Shown piece after piece: positions 9,324 to 18,870 of a DNA stretch of 64,000 bases. The notes under the pieces were generated by a model, which had not been told where the DNA came from, searched no databases, and was given only the letters and a program-made list of their open reading frames with translations. Both the position numbers and the translations under genes were made by a program. The DNA lies in NCBI GenBank assembly GCA_965249135.1, contig OZ252220.1:1504001-1568000 (forward strand), read 5' to 3'. The first letter of the stretch is position 1, and the number at the start of each line of letters is the position of its first letter. The stretch comes from Alphaproteobacteria bacterium (GTDB lineage: Bacteria > Pseudomonadota > Alphaproteobacteria > GCA-2746255).

Positions 9324-9880
9324 GATCGAAAGAGAAAATCCGGCGTTTCCTGCTGGCGAATATTGGCCGGGTGATCGAATCCCACGAGTTGCAAGAAGCG
9401 GCGGACGGTGCCGTACAGTACAGCCGCCGTTTGAGAGAACTGCGTGATGAGGAGAGCTGGCCAATTCTGTCTCACAACGACTTGGCGGAGTTAAAACCAG
9501 GCCAGTACATGCTGAAAGAGGCACCAACGGACAAACGGGATATCGGTTTCGTCCGTGGCATTTCCGCGAAGCTCCGGGCTGAAGTGCTCGACCGGAACGG
9601 CTTCACCTGCCAAATGTGCGGGCTGACACCGGGCGGCATTGATCCGGCGACCAGGCGCAAGGTGCGGCTTCATATCGGCCACATTGTTGATAAAAGCCAT
9701 GGCGGAAAAGACGAACTGTCAAATCTCCGGGCTTTGTGCTCATCCTGCAATCAAGGCGCTAAGAACATCACGTCCGAAAAGCCAAGCACAATCTGGCTGC
9801 TATCTCAAATCAGGCGGGTCGGGAGAGACGAACAACGAGCCGTGTATGATTGGCTCAAACAGAAATTCAGCGATGGATAA
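9311..9880 (+). CDS. HNH endonuclease with N-terminal helical/wHTH-like region (candidate cognate restriction or nicking enzyme)
   Basis: CQMCG...HIGHIVDKSHGG...NLRALCSSCN Zn-HNH motif; overlaps MTase stop. Confidence 0.85.
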   Translation: MPRIGSKEKIRRFLLANIGRVIESHELQEAADGAVQYSRRLRELRDEESWPILSHNDLAELKPGQYMLKEAPTDKRDIGFVRGISAKLRAEVLDRNGFTCQMCGLTPGGIDPATRRKVRLHIGHIVDKSHGGKDELSNLRALCSSCNQGAKNITSEKPSTIWLLSQIRRVGRDEQRAVYDWLKQKFSDG

Positions 9881-10448
9881 GATTTCAGCAGAACGGCGCA
9901 GCGCGAACATGCGCGCAATCCGCAACAAGGATATGTCACCAGAGATCACGGTCCGCCGGGTAACACACGGCCTGGGGTTCCGTTACAGGCTTCACCGGCG
10001 CGATCTCCCTGGCTGCCCTGACCTGGTATTCTCAAGCCGGCGGAAAGTGATATTTGTGCATGGCTGTTTCTGGCATCAACACGCCTCCAAGGCGTGCAAG
10101 ATTGCCCGGATGCCAAAGTCTAACCAGAACTATTGGACAGCGAAGCTGAAAAGGAATGTGGCCCGGGATTCGGAAAACCAATCGCGTCTGCGTAAAATGG
10201 GCTGGGAAGTGGCTGTGATTTGGGAATGTGAAACGAAAGAACTAAAGGCGCTGAGAAAGAAGATCAGTAAGTTCTTGTTTAGGAAACCGCTAATTCCTTT
10301 GAACCTAGACAAACCGGTGGTCAAGGTTAAGCCCTACAGCTATCAGCCTTCAAAGGCCGAGATTGAATCCGATATAAGCATTCCGGTTACGCCGGATGAA
10401 CTGGCGCACAGCATCATGCAGTGTGTAAAAGTGAAGGAAACCGGCTAA
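9873..10448 (+). CDS. vsr: Very-short-patch repair endonuclease Vsr with C-terminal extension
   Basis: RSANMRAIR, PEITVRR, LPGCPDLVF, FVHGCFWHQH, GWEVAVIWEC; start ATG 9873. Confidence 0.9.
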   Translation: MDKISAERRSANMRAIRNKDMSPEITVRRVTHGLGFRYRLHRRDLPGCPDLVFSSRRKVIFVHGCFWHQHASKACKIARMPKSNQNYWTAKLKRNVARDSENQSRLRKMGWEVAVIWECETKELKALRKKISKFLFRKPLIPLNLDKPVVKVKPYSYQPSKAEIESDISIPVTPDELAHSIMQCVKVKETG

Positions 10449-10472
10449 TTAAGTCTATGAAGAAGAGGCACG

Positions 10473-10943
10473 ATGATGGCGATTGCTGAAACCCTGACCG
10501 CTCTCAAGTCCGTTCTTGACGTCGCAAACAACCTTAAATCCCTCAGTGAAGCGGCGTCCGCGGGAACGGCTCCGGGCGATCTCGCAAAGACGCTCAATGG
10601 GGAGATTCTCGAATTGCAGAGACAAGTCTACGCCGCCAACGAGAGCGCATTGGCTGCCCAAAAGGCGGAGGCGGGACTGACTCAGCGTATAAGCGAGATG
10701 GAAGAAATAATTGCTGGCCAGGAAAGCTGGACGGAGGAGAAGGCGCGCTATGAACTTCATAGGACTGGAGGTTCGGTCACAGTCTACCGTTTGAGAAAGG
10801 AACATATAAACGCCTCTGAACCCGCGCATTGCATTTGCCCAAACTGCTATACGCAAGGCCAGAAATCTATCCTTCAGCTTACCAATGTGGCGAATACGTT
10901 GTATCAACTGAACTGCCAGAGATGTGGCGAAATCGTGACTTAA
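10473..10943 (+). CDS. Hypothetical coiled-coil protein with C-terminal Zn ribbon (element cargo)
   Basis: Purine-rich RBS; CPNC...CQRC; inside element IRs. Confidence 0.65.
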   Translation: MMAIAETLTALKSVLDVANNLKSLSEAASAGTAPGDLAKTLNGEILELQRQVYAANESALAAQKAEAGLTQRISEMEEIIAGQESWTEEKARYELHRTGGSVTVYRLRKEHINASEPAHCICPNCYTQGQKSILQLTNVANTLYQLNCQRCGEIVT

Positions 10944-10990
10944 ATGACACCTTTTCTGTTGCAGATGCACCGGCCATCCTCTTTATCTGT

Positions 10991-11017
10991 AAAATGTGAC
11001 TTTCGTATATAATCCCC
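10991..11017 (-). repeat. Right terminal inverted repeat of IS1595-family element
   Basis: AAAATGTGACTTTCGTATATAATCCCC, exact inverse of 7352-7378. Confidence 0.95.
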
Positions 11018-11022
11018 ATTAT

Positions 11023-11517
11023 TTAAGTTAGCGAACGAAGCTGTTCGTCGGTCAAATCGCCGGGCACGATCGTGATCGGGATCCGAATCTTGCCTGCCAT
11101 CTTGTTAACCAGATTGCTGATGATCGGTCCCGGCCCCTCCGGGCCTGAGGACGCGGCGAGCACGAGAATGGAAATGCTCGGCTCTTCCTCGATGACCTTC
11201 ACCAGCTCATCGCTGCGCGTTCCTTCCCGAACGAAGAGGACCGGTACCTTGCCGGTCAGTTCGTTCACTTCTTCCGAGAGCTGCTGGAGATGCTTCTCGG
11301 CTTCCGCGCGTGCCTCGTCGCGCATGAGCTCGCCAACCGTCATCCAGTGTTGGAAGTCGGCCGGCTCCAGCACGTAAAGAAGCGAGACGTAGCCCCCCGC
11401 GTTGCGGGCACGGTAGCAGGCAAAGCGAAGGGCCGTGCGCATCTCCTCCGTCGGATCGACGACGACGAGAAAACAGCGGCCGGATGGCTCCTTTTCGCTT
11501 TTCTTCTCTGGCGGCAT
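11023..11517 (-). CDS. Universal stress protein (Usp family)
   Basis: FLVVVD, ALRFAC, ISILVLAA, GPGPII, PITIVPG typical of alphaproteobacterial Usp. Confidence 0.85.
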   Translation of the reverse strand: MPPEKKSEKEPSGRCFLVVVDPTEEMRTALRFACYRARNAGGYVSLLYVLEPADFQHWMTVGELMRDEARAEAEKHLQQLSEEVNELTGKVPVLFVREGTRSDELVKVIEEEPSISILVLAASSGPEGPGPIISNLVNKMAGKIRIPITIVPGDLTDEQLRSLT

Positions 11518-11552
11518 GCGACCTCGAGACCATGAAATGGGGGGGGTAAGGG

Positions 11553-12317
11553 TCAGACCCGGCGGAAGAAGACCCCGGCCAACCATCCTGCCACCAGGGC
11601 GAGGAAAATAGCAACGATCCCATATTGCGCCGCATGGGCATGGGCAAAGTTGAAAATCGCCGCCTCAAGGCCCGTCTTCTGGACAATGAGTGGAGTCGTC
11701 TGGACGCTGACGACCCGCTTTTCCTTTACCAACAGCACCTTGACGGTGTAAACGCCGACCGGCACCGTCGCCGGAAAGAACAGGCGAGTCTGGAACAGGC
11801 TGTTGCTCATGAAGGCAATCTCTCCGGTCTTAACTCCATAGAGCTGCTGGGCCTGTTTGCCGCGGATCAGCGCCTCGCGAAAGAGGCCGATCGTTTCTTT
11901 CGGCGCCTTCTGTGCCGCTCTCAGCCGCAAGTTCTCCGCGCCGATCTCGTTACGGACGCGCATCTCATGGGGCACGATCTCGTCGACCGGCCGGTTCGAG
12001 GCGGCGGCGTAATAGGCCGGCACATCCCGAAAGCGCATTCGGCTGCGGTTCATCCAAATGCCGGCGACCGATTCCTTTTGCCGCACGATAAGGTCCTGCG
12101 CCGGCCCGCGAACGATGACGACGATGTCCCCTTCCCCTTCCGTCGCCCCAAAGAGCAGGACCTCCGCACCGGTGAAGCTGGTCGTGATCTCAATCAAATG
12201 GTCGGAGAGATCCGCCACCAGCGGTTCCGCCCGAGCCGATGGCGACCCAAGCCAAAAGAGCCCGATGACGCCAATCAAGGGAAGGAAAAGCCGGTGAAGG
12301 AAATCGGGTCCGTTCAT
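11553..12317 (-). CDS. TIGR02186-family membrane protein
   Basis: LVADLS..IEITTSFTGAEVLLFG, GIWMN; downstream of TauE-family gene as usual. Confidence 0.8.
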   Translation of the reverse strand: MNGPDFLHRLFLPLIGVIGLFWLGSPSARAEPLVADLSDHLIEITTSFTGAEVLLFGATEGEGDIVVIVRGPAQDLIVRQKESVAGIWMNRSRMRFRDVPAYYAAASNRPVDEIVPHEMRVRNEIGAENLRLRAAQKAPKETIGLFREALIRGKQAQQLYGVKTGEIAFMSNSLFQTRLFFPATVPVGVYTVKVLLVKEKRVVSVQTTPLIVQKTGLEAAIFNFAHAHAAQYGIVAIFLALVAGWLAGVFFRRV

Positions 12318-13231
12318 GGCATCACCAAGCTTAAGGAGAAGACGTCCGCCGGCGTTGCCACCAATCCCCAAAGCATCCGCGCGCAGACGAAAAGGACCAA
12401 CAGGGCAAGCAGGCTTCTCAGTTCGTCGCTCTGCAGCTTGCCGCCGAAGCGCGTGCCAAGCTGGGCGCCGATCACGCCGCCAGTCAGAAGCAGGAGCGCA
12501 AGCAGAACGTCCACCGTCTGATTGTGCAACGCCTGCAGGAACGTCACGTTCGCCATGACGAAGATGATCTGGAAAAGCGAGGTGCCGACGACGACGGTGG
12601 TCGGCATGCCGATGAAATAGATCATCACCGGTATCAGGATGAAGCCGCCGCCGACCCCCATGATGGCGGCGAGCACACCGACGAAAACCCCGACCCCGAG
12701 CGGCAAGAGCGCGCTGATGTAGAGCTTCGAGCGGTGAAACCGCATCTTGAAGGGAAGCCCATGCACCCAGCGATGCTGGTGCAGCTTTCGTCGCGGCGAG
12801 ATGTGCCGGCGGCGGCGGAAGACGCTACGGGTGCTTTCCGCAAACATGAGGCTGCCGATCACGCCCAGGAAAACGACGTAAGCCAGCGCGATGACGAGAT
12901 CGATCTGGCCCAGACTCCGGAGGTAGGAAAACAGCCACACGCCGACGGTGGAGCCGAGTAGACCTCCGATGACGAGCACGATCCCCATCTTCAAGTCGAC
13001 GTTCTGCCGTCGCCAATGGGCGAGCGCGCCGGAGACGGAGGCGGCGACGATCTGGTTTGCCTCCGTGGCCACGGCGACCGCCGGCGGAATGCCGATGAAA
13101 ATGAGGAATGGCGTCATCAGGAAGCCGCCGCCGACCCCGAACAGGCCCGACAGGAAGCCGACAAGCCCCCCAAGTCCGAGAAGAAGAAAGACATCTACCG
13201 AAATCTCGGCAATGGGGAGGTAAATCTGCAT
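12314..13231 (-). CDS. TauE/SafE sulfite-exporter family membrane protein
   Basis: MQIYLPIAE start; duplicated GVGGGF motifs. Confidence 0.88.
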   Translation of the reverse strand: MQIYLPIAEISVDVFLLLGLGGLVGFLSGLFGVGGGFLMTPFLIFIGIPPAVAVATEANQIVAASVSGALAHWRRQNVDLKMGIVLVIGGLLGSTVGVWLFSYLRSLGQIDLVIALAYVVFLGVIGSLMFAESTRSVFRRRRHISPRRKLHQHRWVHGLPFKMRFHRSKLYISALLPLGVGVFVGVLAAIMGVGGGFILIPVMIYFIGMPTTVVVGTSLFQIIFVMANVTFLQALHNQTVDVLLALLLLTGGVIGAQLGTRFGGKLQSDELRSLLALLVLFVCARMLWGLVATPADVFSLSLVMP

Positions 13232-13353
13232 TTGGCCTATGTTTTACGGTCGCTTAGACCGTTATGCAGAGATAGGCCGAGCGCCACCGCAAGGGCAAGC
13301 CCAAATCGCATTCTCGCAAGAAAAAGAGAGTAAGAAGTGCCGCGCTTAAAAAA

Positions 13354-14352
13354 TCAGTAGTACACGAGTCCCATGAGGTCGCGAATCTCGGCCAAGTGCT
13401 TCTCGGCAATGGCGGTGGCACGCTCCGTGCCTTCCTTCAAGATCGCATCGACCAAGGCGGTGTCCTCTTTAAGCTCCGTCATCGTCTCGCCGATCGGCCC
13501 CAGCACCTCGACGGCAAGCTCGGTCAACGCTTCCTTGAAGGCCGAGAACTGGGCGCCGGCGAAACGCGCCAGCACGGCGTTCCGATCCTCTCCCGCCAGG
13601 GCCGCATAAATGCCGACGAGATTCGCCGCCTCCGGCCTTCCCTCGAGGCCCTTCGGCGCATCCGGCAAGGGATCCGGATCCGTTTTCGCCTTGCGGATTT
13701 TCCGGGCGATGGTGTCGCGATCGTCCGTAAGGTTGATCCGGGAATTGTCGGAAGAGTCGGATTTGCTCATCTTCGCCGTTCCGTCGCGAAGGCTCATGAC
13801 CCGGGTCGCCTCGCCGAAGATCTGCGGCTCCGGCAAGGGAAAATACTCGATGCCATAGTGGCGGTTGAAGGCGCCGGCGATGTCGCGGCAAAGCTCGAGA
13901 TGCTGCTTCTGGTCTTCGCCGACCGGCACATGGGTCGCCTTATAAAGCAACACATCCGCCGCCATCAGCACCGGATAGGCATAAAGCCCAAGGCCCGCCT
14001 TTTCCTGATGCGGGCCTGCCTTGTCCTTGAACTGGGTCATCCGGTTGAGCCAGCCAAGCGGCGTCAGACAGCCGAGCAGCCAGGCGAGCTCGGCATGGCC
14101 GCAAACGGCGCTCTGGTTGAAGATGATGCAGCGCTTCGCATCGATCCCGGCCGCGATGAAGGCGGCCGTCACTTCCCGGGTATGGGCGGCAAGTGCGGCG
14201 GGTTCCTGTGGCGTCGTCAGCGCATGCAGATCGACGATGCAATAAATGCACTCGAAACGCTCCTGCAGGCCGCCCCAGTTTCTGAGCGCGCCCAGGTAAT
14301 TACCGAGATGCAGATTCCCGGTCGGCTGCACGCCGGAAAAGATGCGTTCCAT
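13354..14352 (-). CDS. trpS: Tryptophanyl-tRNA synthetase
   Basis: [23 protein letters not shown]. Confidence 0.96.
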   Translation of the reverse strand: MERIFSGVQPTGNLHLGNYLGALRNWGGLQERFECIYCIVDLHALTTPQEPAALAAHTREVTAAFIAAGIDAKRCIIFNQSAVCGHAELAWLLGCLTPLGWLNRMTQFKDKAGPHQEKAGLGLYAYPVLMAADVLLYKATHVPVGEDQKQHLELCRDIAGAFNRHYGIEYFPLPEPQIFGEATRVMSLRDGTAKMSKSDSSDNSRINLTDDRDTIARKIRKAKTDPDPLPDAPKGLEGRPEAANLVGIYAALAGEDRNAVLARFAGAQFSAFKEALTELAVEVLGPIGETMTELKEDTALVDAILKEGTERATAIAEKHLAEIRDLMGLVYY

Positions 14353-14397
14353 GTCTTGAGCTCCCGCGGAGCCCTTTCGGGCGGGCGAAGTCTCCCC

Positions 14398-15963
14398 TCA
14401 AGCCTCCGTCTGGTCAAGCGCGCTTTTCCGGAAAAGCGCGCGCAGATCCTCCTTCTCGAACGCCCCAAGAAGACGCGCGAAAAGAAAATAGACCCCGGTA
14501 CCGCCGCCGACGAGAACCAGCAAGGCGATCCAGCGTTCGACTTCGCCGCCCATGAGTGGTGCTTCCAGCAGTTGTGCCGCCCAAAACGCAAGCCCGCCCA
14601 TGGCCAGCGAGGCAAGCGCCATGCGCGGCAGTCGTCTTTTCAACCGTGCATCCAGGACCAGATCGTGCCTGCGCCACAATCCGAGCGCCAGCAGGCTCGC
14701 GTTGAACCAGGAAGCGATCGCCGTGGCAAACGCGATGCCCACATGGGCGAAGGGAATCATCAACGCGATGCTCAAGACGATGTTAAGCGCGACGGCAACG
14801 CCTGCGATTTTCACCGGCGTCGTCGTATCTTTTCGGGCGAAGAACGCGGGCGCCAGGACCTTGACGAGCACATAGGCCGGCAGACCCACCGCATAGGCCG
14901 TCAGCGCCAAAGCCGAGGCTTCGGTTTCCGCGTCACCGAACGCACCCCGTTCGAACAGCACGCGGATGATCGGCTCGCTTAAAAGAAACAAGGCAACCGT
15001 CGCCGGAAGCGTCAGAAAGAGGGTGGCCTCGATCGCCCGGTTCTGGCTTGCGTTCGCAGCCTCGCTATCGCCGGCGCGAATCTGGCGCGACAGCAGCGGC
15101 AAAAGCGCCGTGCCGACGGCGATCCCAACGACACCGAGCGGCAGCTGGTTCAACCGGTCCGCATAGTAAAGGTAGGAAATCGCGCCGGCAGGCAAGAGAG
15201 AAGCAAGGATAACGTCGACGAACAGGTTGATCTGAACAATCCCGGCACCGACCGCACCGGGGGCTAGCAGACCGAGGAAGCGTTTCACGGCCGGCGTCAA
15301 TCGGGGCCGACGCAGGCGAAGCCGAAAATCGGCCTTTTTGAGCGCGATCACCAACCACAGGAATTGCCCAACGCCGGCGATGGCAACCCCGATCGCAAGC
15401 GCATGCCCCGGCGTCGCCGTAAAGTTCGCTAAGATCAGCAGGCTTCCGATCAACATCAAGTTGAGCAGGATCGGCGTTGCCGCAACGGCCGCAAAACGGC
15501 CAAGCGAATTCAGCACGCCGCCCATGAGTGAGACGAGCGAGATAAACAGAAGGTAAGGAAAGGTTATCCGCGTAAATTGGGTGGCAAAATCGTAGCGCTC
15601 GGGATCGTCCACGAAGCCGGGCGCAAGCAGATACAAAAGCCAAGGCATCGTAATCTCTGCGATCGCGACGAAGACGGCAAGCGTGATGAAAAGCACGGCA
15701 AGCACCTCTTCTGCGAAGCGTTTTGCATCGTCTTGGCCTTCTTTTTCGAGAAAACCGGCGAACATCGGAACGAAGGCTGCGTTGAAAGCCCCTTCCGCAA
15801 ACAGTCTCCGGAAGAAATTCGGCAATTTGAACGCGACGAAGAAGGCGTCGGCCACAACGCCTGCGCCCAGAATCGCCGCGAGCAAGATGTCGCGGATGAA
15901 GCCGAGCACGCGGCTTGTCAGTGTGTAGCCACCGACGGTGGCAATCGATCGAAGAAGCGCCAT
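14398..15963 (-). CDS. murJ: Lipid II flippase MurJ
   Basis: SRVLGFIRD, PNFFRRLFAEGAF, YADRLNQLPLG. Confidence 0.95.
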   Translation of the reverse strand: MALLRSIATVGGYTLTSRVLGFIRDILLAAILGAGVVADAFFVAFKLPNFFRRLFAEGAFNAAFVPMFAGFLEKEGQDDAKRFAEEVLAVLFITLAVFVAIAEITMPWLLYLLAPGFVDDPERYDFATQFTRITFPYLLFISLVSLMGGVLNSLGRFAAVAATPILLNLMLIGSLLILANFTATPGHALAIGVAIAGVGQFLWLVIALKKADFRLRLRRPRLTPAVKRFLGLLAPGAVGAGIVQINLFVDVILASLLPAGAISYLYYADRLNQLPLGVVGIAVGTALLPLLSRQIRAGDSEAANASQNRAIEATLFLTLPATVALFLLSEPIIRVLFERGAFGDAETEASALALTAYAVGLPAYVLVKVLAPAFFARKDTTTPVKIAGVAVALNIVLSIALMIPFAHVGIAFATAIASWFNASLLALGLWRRHDLVLDARLKRRLPRMALASLAMGGLAFWAAQLLEAPLMGGEVERWIALLVLVGGGTGVYFLFARLLGAFEKEDLRALFRKSALDQTEA

Positions 15964-16028
15964 GATCTTGATATGTATCGGATTTTTTGACGCGTTGGAA
16001 GGCGAAGCGACGCCACCAAGCCGGACGC

Positions 16029-18785
16029 CTATTCGTCGGACGCTGCCCTTGCCTCCAAAGGCTGGCTTTGCTGCCCCTCGACGGCATCGAGCAGGCGGGC
16101 CTTTATCTCCTTCAGCTTCACCTCGTGCTCGAGCTTCATGCCGAAGATGTCCTTCACATAGAAGACATCGACGGCGCGTTCACCATAGGTCGTGACATGC
16201 GCGCTTCCGATCTGCAGATTGAGGTCGCTTAATGCACGCGTGACGTCGTAGAGGAAGCCGGGGCGATCACGCCCATTTACTTCGATGACCGTGAAGCTGT
16301 GGCTGGCCTTGTTGTCGATCAGGACACGCGGTGCGACCGTGAAGATCTGGGTACGGCTTGGCAGCCTCGCGTGCCGGGCAAGTTCCTTGACGGGCAGGAT
16401 TCGGCCGGCCAGGGTTTCCTCGATCAGCCTTGCGAGCGTCTTGGTGAGGTTCGGTTTTTCGAACGCCCTGCCGGTGACGGCTTGCAGCCAGAAGGTATCG
16501 AGCGCCATGCCGTTCTTCATGGTGGAGATCTTGGCATCCACGATGTTCGCACCCGCCAGTGAAAGCGCGCCCGCCAGCCGTGAGAAAAGTCCGGGATGAT
16601 CGGCTGTATAAATCGTCACTTCCGTTACGTCGCGCGCCGCATCCACATGTGTCTTTACGGAAAGCGGAACCGCGTTTTCATCCGCCTCGTGCATGAGTCG
16701 CGCCTGGCGCGCCAGCGTCTCGGCCGGGTAGGCCAACCAATAGGCTGCAAAGCCGCGCTCGCGGAAGCCGGCGAAGGTTTCGTCCGTCCAATCGCTAAGC
16801 ATGGCCCGCAACGCTTCGAGGGCGGCCTCGACACGCGCTTCCGTCACCTGCGTCATCAAGCCGCCCGACATGACCTCTTCGGCCCGGAAGTAGAGCGCAC
16901 GAAGCAGCGATGCCTTCCACGCGTTCCAGACGTCCGGACCGACGGCGCGGATATCGGAGACGGTGAGCAGCAGGAGAAGCCGCAACCGTTCCGGCGACTG
17001 CACGGCGTCCACGAATGCCTGGATCGCCTCCGGGTCGTTCGTGTCCCGCTGGAAGGCGGTGCCGCTCATCAGGAGGTGGTAACGCACGAGCCAGACGACG
17101 GTTTCCGTTTCCTCTTCCGTCAGGCGCAGCCGGCGACAGATACGGGCGGCAATCTCGGCCCCGACGATGGAATGATCGCCCGGCCGGCCTTTCGCGATGT
17201 CGTGGAAAAGAACGGCGAGGTAAAGGGCGCGTCTGGAGAGGACCTTGTGCACGATCTCGGAGGAAAGCGGCATGGCTTCGCACAATCGACCTTCTTCGAT
17301 TCCGTGTAACGTGCCGATCGCAAAGAGGGAATGCTCGTCCACCGTATGGACGTGGTACATGTTGTATTGCATCTGGGCGACGATCCGCCCGAACTCCGGA
17401 AGCAAGCGGCCAAGCACGCCAGCCTCGTTCATTCGCCGAAGCGCGCGTTCCGGATCCTTCTTCGAAGTGAGGATTTCCAGAAAGAGGCGCGAGGCCTCCT
17501 TGCTGTCCCGCAAGCCATGATCGATTCTTTTCAGGTTTTGCGTGATCAGGCGGAGCGCGTAGGGGTGCACGTCGAGCTCTTTTTCCTGCGCGACGTGAAA
17601 CAGCTTGATGAGACGCAGTGTATCGGCTTCGAAGGCATCGTCTTTTTCCACGTTGATCCGATTGCCCTCGACGACGAATCCCTCGATGCGCGATAGCGCC
17701 ATCCAGGGAAGGCGGAAGCGCGGGCGGCGTTTTTGTTGTGCCTCCAAACAGGCGCAGAAGATCCGCGTAAGATCGCCGACGTCTTTCGCCACAAGAAAGT
17801 AATGCTTCATGAAGCGCTCGACGCCGCGCGCATGCCCGCGATCCACATAGCCCATCCGGCGGCTGATCTCGGGCTGGACGTCGAAGGTGAGCCGTTCCTC
17901 CGGCCGGCCGGCAAGGTAGTGAAGGTGATAGCGCACGTTCCAAAGAAACCGGAGCGCGCGATCGAAGCGGGTGGCCTCATGCGCCGTCAACACACCAAGC
18001 GGCACCAAGGCGGCCGGGTCGTCGACCTGGTAGGCGGCCTTGGCAATCCAGAAAAGGGTGTGCAGATCGCGCAACCCCCCTTTGCCGTCCTTGATGTTCG
18101 GCTCCAGCACGTAACGGGAATCGCCTAACCGTTGGTGGCGTGCATCGCGTTCGGCGAGTTTCGCGTCGATAAATTCCGTCGTCGTCGGAACCAACACGTC
18201 GCGGAAGAAGCGCATGCGCATGCGCTCGTAAAGTGTCTCATTGCCAGCGATGAAGCGGGATTCAAGGAGCGCCGTGCGGATCGTTACGTCCGCCTTCGCC
18301 AGGCGGATGCAATCGTCGGTGGAGCGCACGGCGTGGCCGACCTTCAGGCCCAGATCCCAAAGCATGTAGAGCAGGTATTCGATGACCTGCTCGCCGAAGG
18401 GGGTCTGCTTGTAGGGAAAGACGAACAGCAAATCGAGGTCCGACTGGGGCGCCAACTCGCCGCGCCCATAGCCGCCGACGGCGACGACGGCGAGGTGCTC
18501 GGCGACCGTCGGGTTGGAGACCCGGAAGAGGTGGCCCGTCGTGAAGGCGTAAAGCGCCTTCAGCAGGGCATCGAAGCCCTGGCTGGCCTCCTGGGCGATA
18601 TCGAAGCCATTTGTTCCGGATTCGAAACGACTCTGCAATTCCGCGCGCATTTCGGCGAGCTGGCGCCGCAATTCGGCGAGCAGGCGGGAGCGAAGCCTTT
18701 CCTGGTTCGCGTCTTCCCGATAAAGCGCCGCGAGGGCCGCCTCAAGGGCATCGGCTTCCAGGGCTGGTTCGGTCGTCTTTTCCAT
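16029..18785 (-). CDS. glnD: PII uridylyltransferase/uridylyl-removing enzyme
   Basis: AVGGYGRGELAPQSDLD, EPNIKDGKGGLRD, HDIAKG, C-terminal ACT domains (DHPGLF, DRPGFL). Confidence 0.95.
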   Translation of the reverse strand: MEKTTEPALEADALEAALAALYREDANQERLRSRLLAELRRQLAEMRAELQSRFESGTNGFDIAQEASQGFDALLKALYAFTTGHLFRVSNPTVAEHLAVVAVGGYGRGELAPQSDLDLLFVFPYKQTPFGEQVIEYLLYMLWDLGLKVGHAVRSTDDCIRLAKADVTIRTALLESRFIAGNETLYERMRMRFFRDVLVPTTTEFIDAKLAERDARHQRLGDSRYVLEPNIKDGKGGLRDLHTLFWIAKAAYQVDDPAALVPLGVLTAHEATRFDRALRFLWNVRYHLHYLAGRPEERLTFDVQPEISRRMGYVDRGHARGVERFMKHYFLVAKDVGDLTRIFCACLEAQQKRRPRFRLPWMALSRIEGFVVEGNRINVEKDDAFEADTLRLIKLFHVAQEKELDVHPYALRLITQNLKRIDHGLRDSKEASRLFLEILTSKKDPERALRRMNEAGVLGRLLPEFGRIVAQMQYNMYHVHTVDEHSLFAIGTLHGIEEGRLCEAMPLSSEIVHKVLSRRALYLAVLFHDIAKGRPGDHSIVGAEIAARICRRLRLTEEETETVVWLVRYHLLMSGTAFQRDTNDPEAIQAFVDAVQSPERLRLLLLLTVSDIRAVGPDVWNAWKASLLRALYFRAEEVMSGGLMTQVTEARVEAALEALRAMLSDWTDETFAGFRERGFAAYWLAYPAETLARQARLMHEADENAVPLSVKTHVDAARDVTEVTIYTADHPGLFSRLAGALSLAGANIVDAKISTMKNGMALDTFWLQAVTGRAFEKPNLTKTLARLIEETLAGRILPVKELARHARLPSRTQIFTVAPRVLIDNKASHSFTVIEVNGRDRPGFLYDVTRALSDLNLQIGSAHVTTYGERAVDVFYVKDIFGMKLEHEVKLKEIKARLLDAVEGQQSQPLEARAASDE

Positions 18786-18870
18786 GCGTCTCGTCCATCG
18801 GTCTTGCGGCATTCAATGGCCAGAAATGCAAAGAATGCCTGAAGAATAGGAAGGATAGGAAGGAAACGTC

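Larger units (their letters stand above)
7352..11017 (+). mobile_element. IS1595-family cargo-carrying element (3666 bp) with MTase/HNH/Vsr passengers
   Basis: Perfect 27-bp terminal IRs at 7352-7378 and 10991-11017; flanking 8-mers GTTATTTA (7344-7351) / ATTATTTA (11018-11025); IS1595 transposase inside; lies between usp and nifU. Confidence 0.92.

Noticed and set aside
13396-14982. Long antisense ORFs (this one, 19132-20577, 20743-22038, 46951-48801 and others)
   Set aside because: Shadow frames of well-recognised genes in GC-rich DNA, with no motifs
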